Source: Verrucomicrobiota bacterium (GTDB lineage Bacteria > Verrucomicrobiota > Verrucomicrobiia > Verrucomicrobiales > DEV007). Taken from it: a stretch of DNA of 20,243 nucleotides. Of this stretch, positions 8,695 to 16,618 are shown in pieces. The stretch spans positions 1 to 20,243 of the forward strand of contig JASFYY010000076.1 in assembly GCA_045046875.1 (NCBI GenBank), written 5' to 3'. Position numbers and translations under genes: made by a program. The stretch's first letter is position 1. Every line of letters starts with the position of its first letter. Below the pieces are notes generated by a model, which did no database searches, was not told the origin of the DNA, and was given only the letters and a program-made list of their open reading frames with translations.

Positions 8695-9567
8695 GTGATG
8701 CAGCAGGATAGGGCAAAACCAGAAGCTTGCCTGGCAATGGTGACGGCCTTGATGCCAGAGGCCAGACCCTTGATCGATCATTTTCGTCTACAGAAAATCA
8801 AAGGCCGCTCGCCCTTTCCTATTTTTCGCAGTGAAGACGGACGGCATTGTCTGGTGGTTTCGGGCATGGGAAAAATACTCAGTGCTTCGGCGACAACCAG
8901 TCTTTATCATGAAATGGGAGAGCTGCCCGGCATGGCTTGGTTGAATATTGGGATTGCGGGTCATCGTACACGTGAGCTGGGGGATTTGAGATGGGTGAAC
9001 AAAATCGAGGACGCGGCATCGGGGCAAAAATGGTATCCCCCTCGTTGGATCAAAACCGGCAGCAGGCAAGCGAGTGCGTTGTTAACCGTGGATCAGGCGG
9101 GAGAATACCCCGGAGGTGATACCCTGGTGGACATGGAGGCCAGTGGTTTTTATCAGATCGCCAGCCGCTTTTCGAGCAGGGAGTTGGTGCAGTGCGTGAA
9201 ACTGGTGTCTGATAATGCTGAAAATTCTTGGAAGGATTTAAAAAAGGGGCAGGTAGGGCTGTGGATCAGAGCGCAGCTTGATGATATCGTTGCGGGTTCC
9301 GAAGAGCTGTTGGTTTTGTCCGGGGACGAGATGAAACGTTGCCGGCTTCCCCGCGAAGCAGAGCAGATGTTGGATCTTTGGCATTTCACCCAAACGGAAA
9401 AACACCAGCTGTTTAAAATTCTGCGCCAACGCCAGGTATTGGCATCCGAGCAGGACAAGGCTGTATTATTTTGCCAGAACAATGGAGTCAGGTCGGCAAA
9501 GGAAATTTTGCCGCTTTTGCGGCAAGAATTAGCCGGCAAAGGGGATGAGTCCATTATGAAAATTTGA
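8695..9567 (+). CDS. Nucleoside phosphorylase-like (PNP/UDP/MTAN fold) protein with C-terminal extension
   Basis: TALMPEARP, SGMGK, LNIGIAG, VDMEASGF and KLVSDN motifs. Confidence 0.8.
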   Translation: MMQQDRAKPEACLAMVTALMPEARPLIDHFRLQKIKGRSPFPIFRSEDGRHCLVVSGMGKILSASATTSLYHEMGELPGMAWLNIGIAGHRTRELGDLRWVNKIEDAASGQKWYPPRWIKTGSRQASALLTVDQAGEYPGGDTLVDMEASGFYQIASRFSSRELVQCVKLVSDNAENSWKDLKKGQVGLWIRAQLDDIVAGSEELLVLSGDEMKRCRLPREAEQMLDLWHFTQTEKHQLFKILRQRQVLASEQDKAVLFCQNNGVRSAKEILPLLRQELAGKGDESIMKI

Positions 9568-9571
9568 GCGC

Positions 9572-10567
9572 GTGGATACTTTATACATTGAGCGGGAAAT
9601 TGTAACGCACGAGCGGGTGAGGGGACTGTGTGAGCGTTTTGCCAAGGCGGAGCGGATTATCTGTGATCGTTATGGTGAGGTGTTTAATGTGAAAGGGCAG
9701 AATTTTCGCTGGCAGAAACGCAAACCTTCCTGGATTTTGGCAGAGAAACATGGGCGGAGGGTTTTGCCAACTCCGCCAGCTTACGGAATTGGTTGTGAGA
9801 AAAATTTCTATTTTTCCCACATATTAAATTGCCCTTATGATTGCCGGTATTGTTTTTTACAAGGCATGTACAGTTCGGCTCACCAAGTGTGGTTTGTGAA
9901 TTACGAAAGCTTTCAACAAGCCATCGACGAGGTTTTGGCAGGATGCCCGGCGGAGGAAAAAGTGGGCTTCTTTTCGGGTTATGACGGGGATTCGCTGGCC
10001 TTGGAAAATATGACCGGTTTTGCTCAGAATTTTCTGCCTTTTTTCGAAAAACGTCCTCGGGCGATTCTTGAATTGAGAACTAAAAGTGTCAACGTGGGGG
10101 TGCTGCTCAAGCGTCCCGCGCTGGAGAATGTGGTGGTGGCTTTCAGTCTTTCTCCGCAGCAAATAGCGAGCGCTTTCGAGCATGGTGCGCCTACATTACA
10201 GCAACGATTGAAAGCGATGAAGAAGGTGGCGGAGCAAGGTTGGCCGATTGGCCTGAGGTTGGATCCTTTGATCGCCCAGCCAAATTTCACGGAGGAATAT
10301 GAAGCTTTGCTGACACAGGTTTTTAATGTGTTGCGCCCGGAGCAAGTGCACTCGGTGACCTTTGGCCCGATGCGCTTTCCCGAGGCGATGTTTGAGCGGA
10401 TGAGCTCACTCTATCCTGAAGAGCGTTTGTTTGCCGCAGGTTTTGAAAGACGGCAAGACGGTCTGTTGACTTACGCTCCGGAGCGGGAAAGGGAAATGCG
10501 TGATGCGTTGCGCCATTTGCTGAAAGAGCGCTTGCCTGACGAGAGGATTTTTGACTGTGCTGAGTGA
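9572..10567 (+). CDS. Spore photoproduct lyase (SplB)-like radical SAM protein
   Basis: CPYDCRYC cluster motif (9830-9853) followed by FLQGMY; ELRTKS, AFSLSP and RLDPLI motifs typical of the SPL family; starts 4 bp after the upstream gene. Confidence 0.85.
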   Translation: MDTLYIEREIVTHERVRGLCERFAKAERIICDRYGEVFNVKGQNFRWQKRKPSWILAEKHGRRVLPTPPAYGIGCEKNFYFSHILNCPYDCRYCFLQGMYSSAHQVWFVNYESFQQAIDEVLAGCPAEEKVGFFSGYDGDSLALENMTGFAQNFLPFFEKRPRAILELRTKSVNVGVLLKRPALENVVVAFSLSPQQIASAFEHGAPTLQQRLKAMKKVAEQGWPIGLRLDPLIAQPNFTEEYEALLTQVFNVLRPEQVHSVTFGPMRFPEAMFERMSSLYPEERLFAAGFERRQDGLLTYAPEREREMRDALRHLLKERLPDERIFDCAE

Positions 10568-10584
10568 GCGGCTGAGTATAAAAA

Positions 10585-13029
10585 TTATTTTTTAGGTATA
10601 TACCAGAGAGATTCCCAGTAGCGTTGGTCAAGTTGGTAGGGATCCACGTTTTCCTTTGTCAGATCAAAGGACTTGGGTAGAACACCGAAACGTTTCATTT
10701 CCCGGATATATTCCGGGCGAGGTTTGAAGTTTGGCATGTCAAAGCGTGTCACTTCATCAAGTTTGTCTTTTCCTGCACGTATCATGGCCAGTATAGCTTG
10801 GTAATCCGGGTCATTGTTATCTTTGAAAATTTCGACAGGTTTTTGGCTGCCATCTTTTGCAGTGCTTATGCAGGCACCTTCACCACCGGCAGCTTTGGAA
10901 AGTGGCCCGAGCAGGAGCAGCGATTGCTCGGGATGGCTCAGATTGTAGACAATATGGCGGGCGGTGTGCAACATCCGGTCATTGATGTCCATTCGCCAGA
11001 AACTGATGTTGCGTTCGTCTGACATGTTGTGGGGTAGGCGGAATTTTTCTGCGTGGCAAGAGGCGCAACGACGTTTTATAACTTCAGCTCCTTTTACGGA
11101 TGTTGGCCATTGTGAATCGTTGTTGACCAATTTGTTGGCTTGGTATCCGCCGATACTGCCGGTGCCAAGAGCAGCATAGGTTCCTGGGTAAACGGCTGCC
11201 GACTCGATCCAGTAGCGGATTTTTTTCACCTCGTTGGCAGAAAGTTGCGCACCATAGTGTTCGCCATTGAGTTTTTTCATCAGCGGGCTGGATGCCGCTC
11301 CGATCACGTAGGGATCATAGTTGGCATGGGGTCGGTTCCGCCCGTCGGCGAATTGTCCGTGAACAGTCAGAGTATAGTAGCTGTGGCTGAACATCGGTCC
11401 ACGGTCACCGGTGAGTAAAATTTTACCATCGCGTTTTGATGGCTTGTGACACTGGACGCAGTGTTTGTCGAGTATCGGTTGGATATCACGTGGGAAGTCA
11501 AACACATCAGGTATCCCTTCGATCTTGCGGATCACGCTTGGCGAGCGTTTTGCGGCGAGTGGAAGTGTTTTGGTGGGTGGCGACACTGTGGTGCGGTCTT
11601 CGTGACAACCGATGCAGCTGAGCATCTCGCCCGGCATGACGGAGGTGAAACTGTGCATGCGCTTGACGCTGTCTTCGTTTTTATCGAGTGCGATGAAAAA
11701 AACCGCGCGATTGGCGGGCACCTCGAAGAATGCCGAGCCGTCTTTCTCGACCGGCACGGTGCCGAGTAAGCGCTCTAGAGTGAACGATCCCCCATAGGTC
11801 AACGGGTCCATGCCTCCGGTATAGTTGATAGGTTTTGGCAAAGCCTCCATCACCAGTAGTTTTTTGATCGTGCCTTTTTTAACTGTTTCCATTTTTTGAC
11901 CGATATAGACATTGCTTAGCAGCATGGTGCCTGTCGCTTTTGACTCATCAGTTCGTTTTGGTAGCAATCTTTCCCGGCTGTGTTTTATAATCGGGCGGGG
12001 TTCATGGATATTCAGATTTTTCGAAAACATTGTTTCGGGAAGGTGAAATGCCGGATGTTCTGCACCGTCCCGGGTGATAGCGACAATCTCACGACCTCGT
12101 GCGGCTATAAAAACACTATGGCTAAGCGCATAAGGATCACGGTAACCATCTTCGGTTAGGTGTATTTTTGATTTTGGATCGTCCGGGCCGTTTTGGTTCG
12201 AGAGCAGAGTCACCTTACCTGAGTGTTCTTTTCTTCCATGTCCGGGTGAATCTATCAGGATCACTTCGTCGGAATCCGGAACGGGTTTGGCATCGATCAA
12301 TAAACCTCCCGGGTGTTTGTTGCCGTAATAAATTTTTTGCTCGGTGCCGTCGGGATTCATCGTCCACAAGTGGTGGAAATCCATCTGGCTGCGGTCGATG
12401 TATTCCCAGCGCTGGTACATAACACGGCCATCGGGTAAGACCCAGGGAGTATTGTCGTGTTCGAGATTGGGTGAAAGTTGCTGGATATGGTCCCCGTTGC
12501 CATCGCCACGGTGTATCGTGCCAACTTGTGTTGACCAACAGTTCACCCAGCGCTTGGCACGGGTAGAGACAAAAACAAGGCTGCCGTCCGGTTGGTAGGA
12601 TGCTTCATAATCATCGAAAGGCCCGGAGGTCAGTTGTTTGAGATGGGAGCCATCGGTATTAATTTCATAAAGATGAAAATTTTCGCTGTCACCTTTGCGG
12701 TATGAAAATAGGATCTTCTCACCATCGTAGTGGACGGCGGGGTCCCTGATCGTGCCTTTTGCATCGGCCACAAGTATGTCGATCTTTCCACTTTTGAGGT
12801 TCAAGATGCAAAGGTGACCGCCTTCCGAGTAAAGTTTAGACTCTTTGTCGTAGGAATAGTAGCCGATATTGGCATACCAGTGGCCGTCTTGAACCTGCCC
12901 TCTGCTGGCAAATACAATACGTTCGCAGTCCTGTGCGAGAATCAGATCACGACCCGTGTCGGTTTTTTCGCTGTATGCGAAAGTGTTTGCCAATAGCAGT
13001 AGGGGTAAAATGAATCGGGGTGCTTTCAT
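10585..13029 (-). CDS. HzsA-like (hydrazine synthase alpha-related) beta-propeller/c-type cytochrome protein with 3 CxxCH
   Basis: Start moved to the ATG at 13029 (MKAPRFILPLLLLANTFAYS signal peptide); the ORF-track extension overlaps the upstream gene. PD40/TolB-like blades, RWEYIDR, LWTMNPDG, LGTVPVEKDGSAFFEVPA; CIGCH 11602-11616, CVQCH 11446-11460, CASCH 11053-11067. Confidence 0.85.
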   Translation of the reverse strand: MKAPRFILPLLLLANTFAYSEKTDTGRDLILAQDCERIVFASRGQVQDGHWYANIGYYSYDKESKLYSEGGHLCILNLKSGKIDILVADAKGTIRDPAVHYDGEKILFSYRKGDSENFHLYEINTDGSHLKQLTSGPFDDYEASYQPDGSLVFVSTRAKRWVNCWSTQVGTIHRGDGNGDHIQQLSPNLEHDNTPWVLPDGRVMYQRWEYIDRSQMDFHHLWTMNPDGTEQKIYYGNKHPGGLLIDAKPVPDSDEVILIDSPGHGRKEHSGKVTLLSNQNGPDDPKSKIHLTEDGYRDPYALSHSVFIAARGREIVAITRDGAEHPAFHLPETMFSKNLNIHEPRPIIKHSRERLLPKRTDESKATGTMLLSNVYIGQKMETVKKGTIKKLLVMEALPKPINYTGGMDPLTYGGSFTLERLLGTVPVEKDGSAFFEVPANRAVFFIALDKNEDSVKRMHSFTSVMPGEMLSCIGCHEDRTTVSPPTKTLPLAAKRSPSVIRKIEGIPDVFDFPRDIQPILDKHCVQCHKPSKRDGKILLTGDRGPMFSHSYYTLTVHGQFADGRNRPHANYDPYVIGAASSPLMKKLNGEHYGAQLSANEVKKIRYWIESAAVYPGTYAALGTGSIGGYQANKLVNNDSQWPTSVKGAEVIKRRCASCHAEKFRLPHNMSDERNISFWRMDINDRMLHTARHIVYNLSHPEQSLLLLGPLSKAAGGEGACISTAKDGSQKPVEIFKDNNDPDYQAILAMIRAGKDKLDEVTRFDMPNFKPRPEYIREMKRFGVLPKSFDLTKENVDPYQLDQRYWESLWYIPKK

Positions 13030-13039
13030 AGTGCGTTTA

Positions 13040-15457
13040 TTATTCCAAAATAGGCATGACTTTCTTACCCAGGGCTTGTTTTTCGGTGTCGTGGTAGACC
13101 CCGTAAAAGAGAGAGCTGCAGTCCAGCCACAGCGTGATGTGGTGGAGCTCCTCGTCTGATAATTTAACTTCATAGTGCCCGTCCTCGAGCAGTTGCAACA
13201 GTCGCGAGGCACGGGCACCGACTTCGCCCGGAACAGAATAAGAGGTTTTGTTGCGCTCCAGTCCGGGGCCGTTGCCGCCGTATCTTGTCCATGCGAACGG
13301 GGTCAGGTTCTTGTAGGCGGTGGACCAACCGTATTTTTCAAAAGTGTCGCCTTTGAGGGAGAAGGTCTGGTTTTTTCCGTCATGGCAAGAGGTGCAGTTT
13401 TTGTTTATTACATGTTGAACCAAGCGTGGGAAGGTTAAGGGAAAGGAGCCTTCGACATCGGGTTTTATTTTGGAGGGAGCGCGTTGGAAAGCAATCGGAT
13501 TTTTAGTGTTGCGATAGGAAGCCGTGCGGGATTTTGATTCGTGGCAACCCACGCAACTCAGGCGTTCGCCTTCGTGCAAGTAGGTTGCCGACCTCATCGA
13601 CTGGATGGCGCGCCCCTTTTGGTCCAGTGCCTGGAAATACAATGGCACTCCGCTGGGAGCCTCGAAGTAGGCACTGCCGTCCTTTTCGACAGGAACGGTT
13701 CCAAGTACGCCTCGGCCGAGCGATTGTGTGCCGAAGCCGATGTTCGGCTCAGCCGAGGCGGGTGTTGTTTTCGGGAACAACTGAATAACGCGTAAGGCTG
13801 CGATGTCGGTGTTTTCGGGCCAATCTTGCTCGCTTTGGTAGACATCCATCACCGCAACTTCACCGCGTTTTTTTCCATTTTGGGTTGTTTTTCCTGGCAA
13901 TGCCGGCGGTTGTTTGCGTGCTCTTAGTGGAATGGGATCCAGGCAGGGCACCGAGGGATCGCGGTAAACCAGTTCGCGATTGCCGAAGCTGTCGATTAAG
14001 TATATGCCATAGTCACGACCTTTTCTGTCGTAGGTGCATAGGTAGTAGTTCTCGCTAAGTGGCCAGGGAGATCCTATTTGTTCAGACCCAGGCATAAATT
14101 TCTCCTTTGGTTTTCTAGGGATTCCGGGTGCGGTTTCTGCCTCAGGGAGGAATATATCCGGAGTGAGGCGTTTGACTTGGGACATGGCTTTGTTGTCAGG
14201 AACGGCGAGGTCAATCATTATCAGGGAGCCGTAAGCTTGCCCGTGGTGGGGTGCAGAGATTCCGCTGTACTTCTGTGAGCCGGGGATGGCTCGCAGGGAC
14301 AGCTCCATCCACGGACGGGATTCGCGCTTGATCGCATAGTTTCCGTGCAAGGCACGTGGATCCCTGCCATCCGGATAGGTAAGCCAGAGATGATGGGCGG
14401 AGTCCGAATCCCGATCCACATAGTCCCAGCGGGTGTAGACAATCATGCCGTTGTGATCCACGCTGGGGTGCCATTCATGGGTCTCATGGTGGCTAAGCCG
14501 CTGGATGTCAGCCCCGTTTTCCTTCATGCTATGCAAGGTGTAAACCGGATTCGGACGTGTGCCGCATCGCAGGAAACCGCCGCGTCGGTCGGAGATGAAA
14601 GCGATGCGTCCTCCGGGCAAATAACAGGGATCAAAATCGTTCCACTTTCCATCGCTGAGTTGGGTCAGATCGCTGCCGTCTATTTTCATTTTGAAAACAT
14701 GGTAGGTGCTTCGTTCGTTCCACAGATCCTCTTGCGGAGTGCGGGGGGTGGGTTGCACCGGAACCTCTGCTTCGGTCCAAGCAAATGCGATCTCGTCTGC
14801 ATTGTAGTTCAGATCCAGCGAGATGAACGAGCCAGCTGTTAGTTTGCGGCCTTTCAGGCGACCGTTCTGCACCAGTGCTCCGTCCATCAGATTCTGTGCT
14901 ACAGGTTTTTCTCCAAAGGGATCATTGAGGACATAAACTGATCCGCCCGGTGGAGCATGAAATCCATAGTACTGGTCGACCATGTGTTCGAAGCGCGCCC
15001 GGTGATGAGTCAGAAAAACGATTTTGTTAAAATCCAGTAAGGGGTTGGAGAAGGCAATGCGCCGCCTGAGTTTGCAAGCCGATAGGAACAGGTCCCGACG
15101 TTTCGGGTCGTTCTGCGCCAGTTGGTCATTTTTGTCGCCCAAGACGTTGAGCTCTTTCTGCAGAGCCTGCTTGTTTTCAAGTTCAAGATCATCAAGCAGC
15201 GCCGCAGTGCGGCGCAATACCACGTCAAGTGGGTTGCGGTCGGTTTCAAACAACAAGGCCGCCGACTGGAAGGTTTCCTGCTCCAGACGTTTTCTAACTG
15301 CGGCATCCGGCCTTGGTTGTTTCAGCTGATTGGACAGGTATTGCCATTCATCCAGCCAACTTTTACGGATCTCATCGTCTGCCTTGAGATTGCCGCAAAA
15401 AAAGATCAGAATGGGTAGCAGGACGGCGCCGGTGCGTATCAGATTCGAGGTTCTCAT
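13040..15457 (-). CDS. HzsA-like (hydrazine synthase alpha-related) beta-propeller/c-type cytochrome protein with 2 CxxCH
   Basis: Signal peptide; DFDPCYLPGGRIAFISDR, RWDYVDR, LGTVPVEKDGSAYFEAP and GERLSCVGCHE (13541-13555); CTSCH at 13382-13396. Confidence 0.85.
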   Translation of the reverse strand: MRTSNLIRTGAVLLPILIFFCGNLKADDEIRKSWLDEWQYLSNQLKQPRPDAAVRKRLEQETFQSAALLFETDRNPLDVVLRRTAALLDDLELENKQALQKELNVLGDKNDQLAQNDPKRRDLFLSACKLRRRIAFSNPLLDFNKIVFLTHHRARFEHMVDQYYGFHAPPGGSVYVLNDPFGEKPVAQNLMDGALVQNGRLKGRKLTAGSFISLDLNYNADEIAFAWTEAEVPVQPTPRTPQEDLWNERSTYHVFKMKIDGSDLTQLSDGKWNDFDPCYLPGGRIAFISDRRGGFLRCGTRPNPVYTLHSMKENGADIQRLSHHETHEWHPSVDHNGMIVYTRWDYVDRDSDSAHHLWLTYPDGRDPRALHGNYAIKRESRPWMELSLRAIPGSQKYSGISAPHHGQAYGSLIMIDLAVPDNKAMSQVKRLTPDIFLPEAETAPGIPRKPKEKFMPGSEQIGSPWPLSENYYLCTYDRKGRDYGIYLIDSFGNRELVYRDPSVPCLDPIPLRARKQPPALPGKTTQNGKKRGEVAVMDVYQSEQDWPENTDIAALRVIQLFPKTTPASAEPNIGFGTQSLGRGVLGTVPVEKDGSAYFEAPSGVPLYFQALDQKGRAIQSMRSATYLHEGERLSCVGCHESKSRTASYRNTKNPIAFQRAPSKIKPDVEGSFPLTFPRLVQHVINKNCTSCHDGKNQTFSLKGDTFEKYGWSTAYKNLTPFAWTRYGGNGPGLERNKTSYSVPGEVGARASRLLQLLEDGHYEVKLSDEELHHITLWLDCSSLFYGVYHDTEKQALGKKVMPILE

Positions 15458-15474
15458 AGGGGGGGATTTTGGGG

Positions 15475-16617
15475 CTAGGTTTTCTTGATCGCATCCACTT
15501 CCAGTTCGAATAGGAGGTCGTCGCGGCAGACGTCGTTCTGAACCAAACCAACTGGCATATCAGGCAGTTGGTGGGTTTCGCAATATTCGGTAAAACGGTC
15601 AAAGTCCTTCCGGCGTTTTACATAGGCCACACCACGAACCACATCATTCCAATCCATTCCCTGGGCGCTGAGGATTGCTTGAACCACTTCCATGGTGTAG
15701 GCGATCTGCGCTTCGATGTCGTCGATGTGAATGGTGGCTCCATCCGGGTCAATACTGGCGGTTCCGGATATGTATAAGCGTTTTATTCCGGGGGTCGCAA
15801 TCTCAACCGCTCGACTGAAGGAGCTTTCGTAATCGAGCGCCGGGCATTGCAGGGGAGAGGGAACTGCCCGGATGGTGGTCTGATCCGAAAGCGCTTCCAC
15901 CGCCAGGACACTGGCTTGAATAGCGGTGCCCATACTGTTGGCACCTCCAACCCCGGTGCTGGCGGGAACCATTTTTTTGAACACCTCACGGGGTTCAAAA
16001 AAACCAGTTCTTGCCTGGTTGAACTCGTCATACCAAGCAAGGATGTCATCCAGATACAGCCAGGTTCGCGCAACGTTGTCAAAGGACATGCGCATCCCTC
16101 TCAAGGCGTCTTCCATACGTTCGAACAGTTGATGGGTTTGTGCGCCTTTATTGAGGTGGGCTTCTGGATGGAGATTGTCCAATAATACATAACGTGCATG
16201 CTGATCCCTGAATTCATTGCCTACCAACTGCCCGCCGAGCCAGACCGGCTTCATCGCCCCCCCGGTGACGGCATGAACGTAAACCCCTGCCATTGGGCAC
16301 TTGTCCAACGAATCGGGCAAGGTGTGATTCAATCGGCATTCATTGCAGTTATAACAGTATCTTTGTTGTAGCCCCTCCGTTCCACGGGTGTTGACCTTAC
16401 CTAGAATATCCATGCGCAGGATGTTTGGTGAATCCAGCACTGCCAGCAACGCATCCAATCGTTCGAACATTTCTGCTGGGGATTCCCGGGGCATGGCCAG
16501 CCCGGTGAGGAAATGCTCCGTCACCTCACTGTGCTTGATGCTTGTGACGTAGCTACCCGTGGGCAGGTTAAGGGTGTTTTTTTCTAATAACATGGGGGTT
16601 TGCAGGCTTGTAGGCAT
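15475..16617 (-). CDS. Rid/YjgF-fold protein of the FkbO/Hyg5 chorismatase-like type (alternative start 16593)
   Basis: VARTWLYL, PASTGVG, FSRA, ISGTASI and DVCRDDLLFELE motifs; tandem YjgF-like repeats; no signal peptide; ATG 1 nt after the upstream stop. Confidence 0.75.
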   Translation of the reverse strand: MPTSLQTPMLLEKNTLNLPTGSYVTSIKHSEVTEHFLTGLAMPRESPAEMFERLDALLAVLDSPNILRMDILGKVNTRGTEGLQQRYCYNCNECRLNHTLPDSLDKCPMAGVYVHAVTGGAMKPVWLGGQLVGNEFRDQHARYVLLDNLHPEAHLNKGAQTHQLFERMEDALRGMRMSFDNVARTWLYLDDILAWYDEFNQARTGFFEPREVFKKMVPASTGVGGANSMGTAIQASVLAVEALSDQTTIRAVPSPLQCPALDYESSFSRAVEIATPGIKRLYISGTASIDPDGATIHIDDIEAQIAYTMEVVQAILSAQGMDWNDVVRGVAYVKRRKDFDRFTEYCETHQLPDMPVGLVQNDVCRDDLLFELEVDAIKKT

Positions 16618-16618
16618 T

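Noticed and set aside
13030..13218. 63-aa N-terminal extension of the 877-aa ORF
   Set aside because: It overlaps the 3' end of 13040..15457; the ATG at 13029 gives a clean signal peptide 10 bp after the upstream stop.
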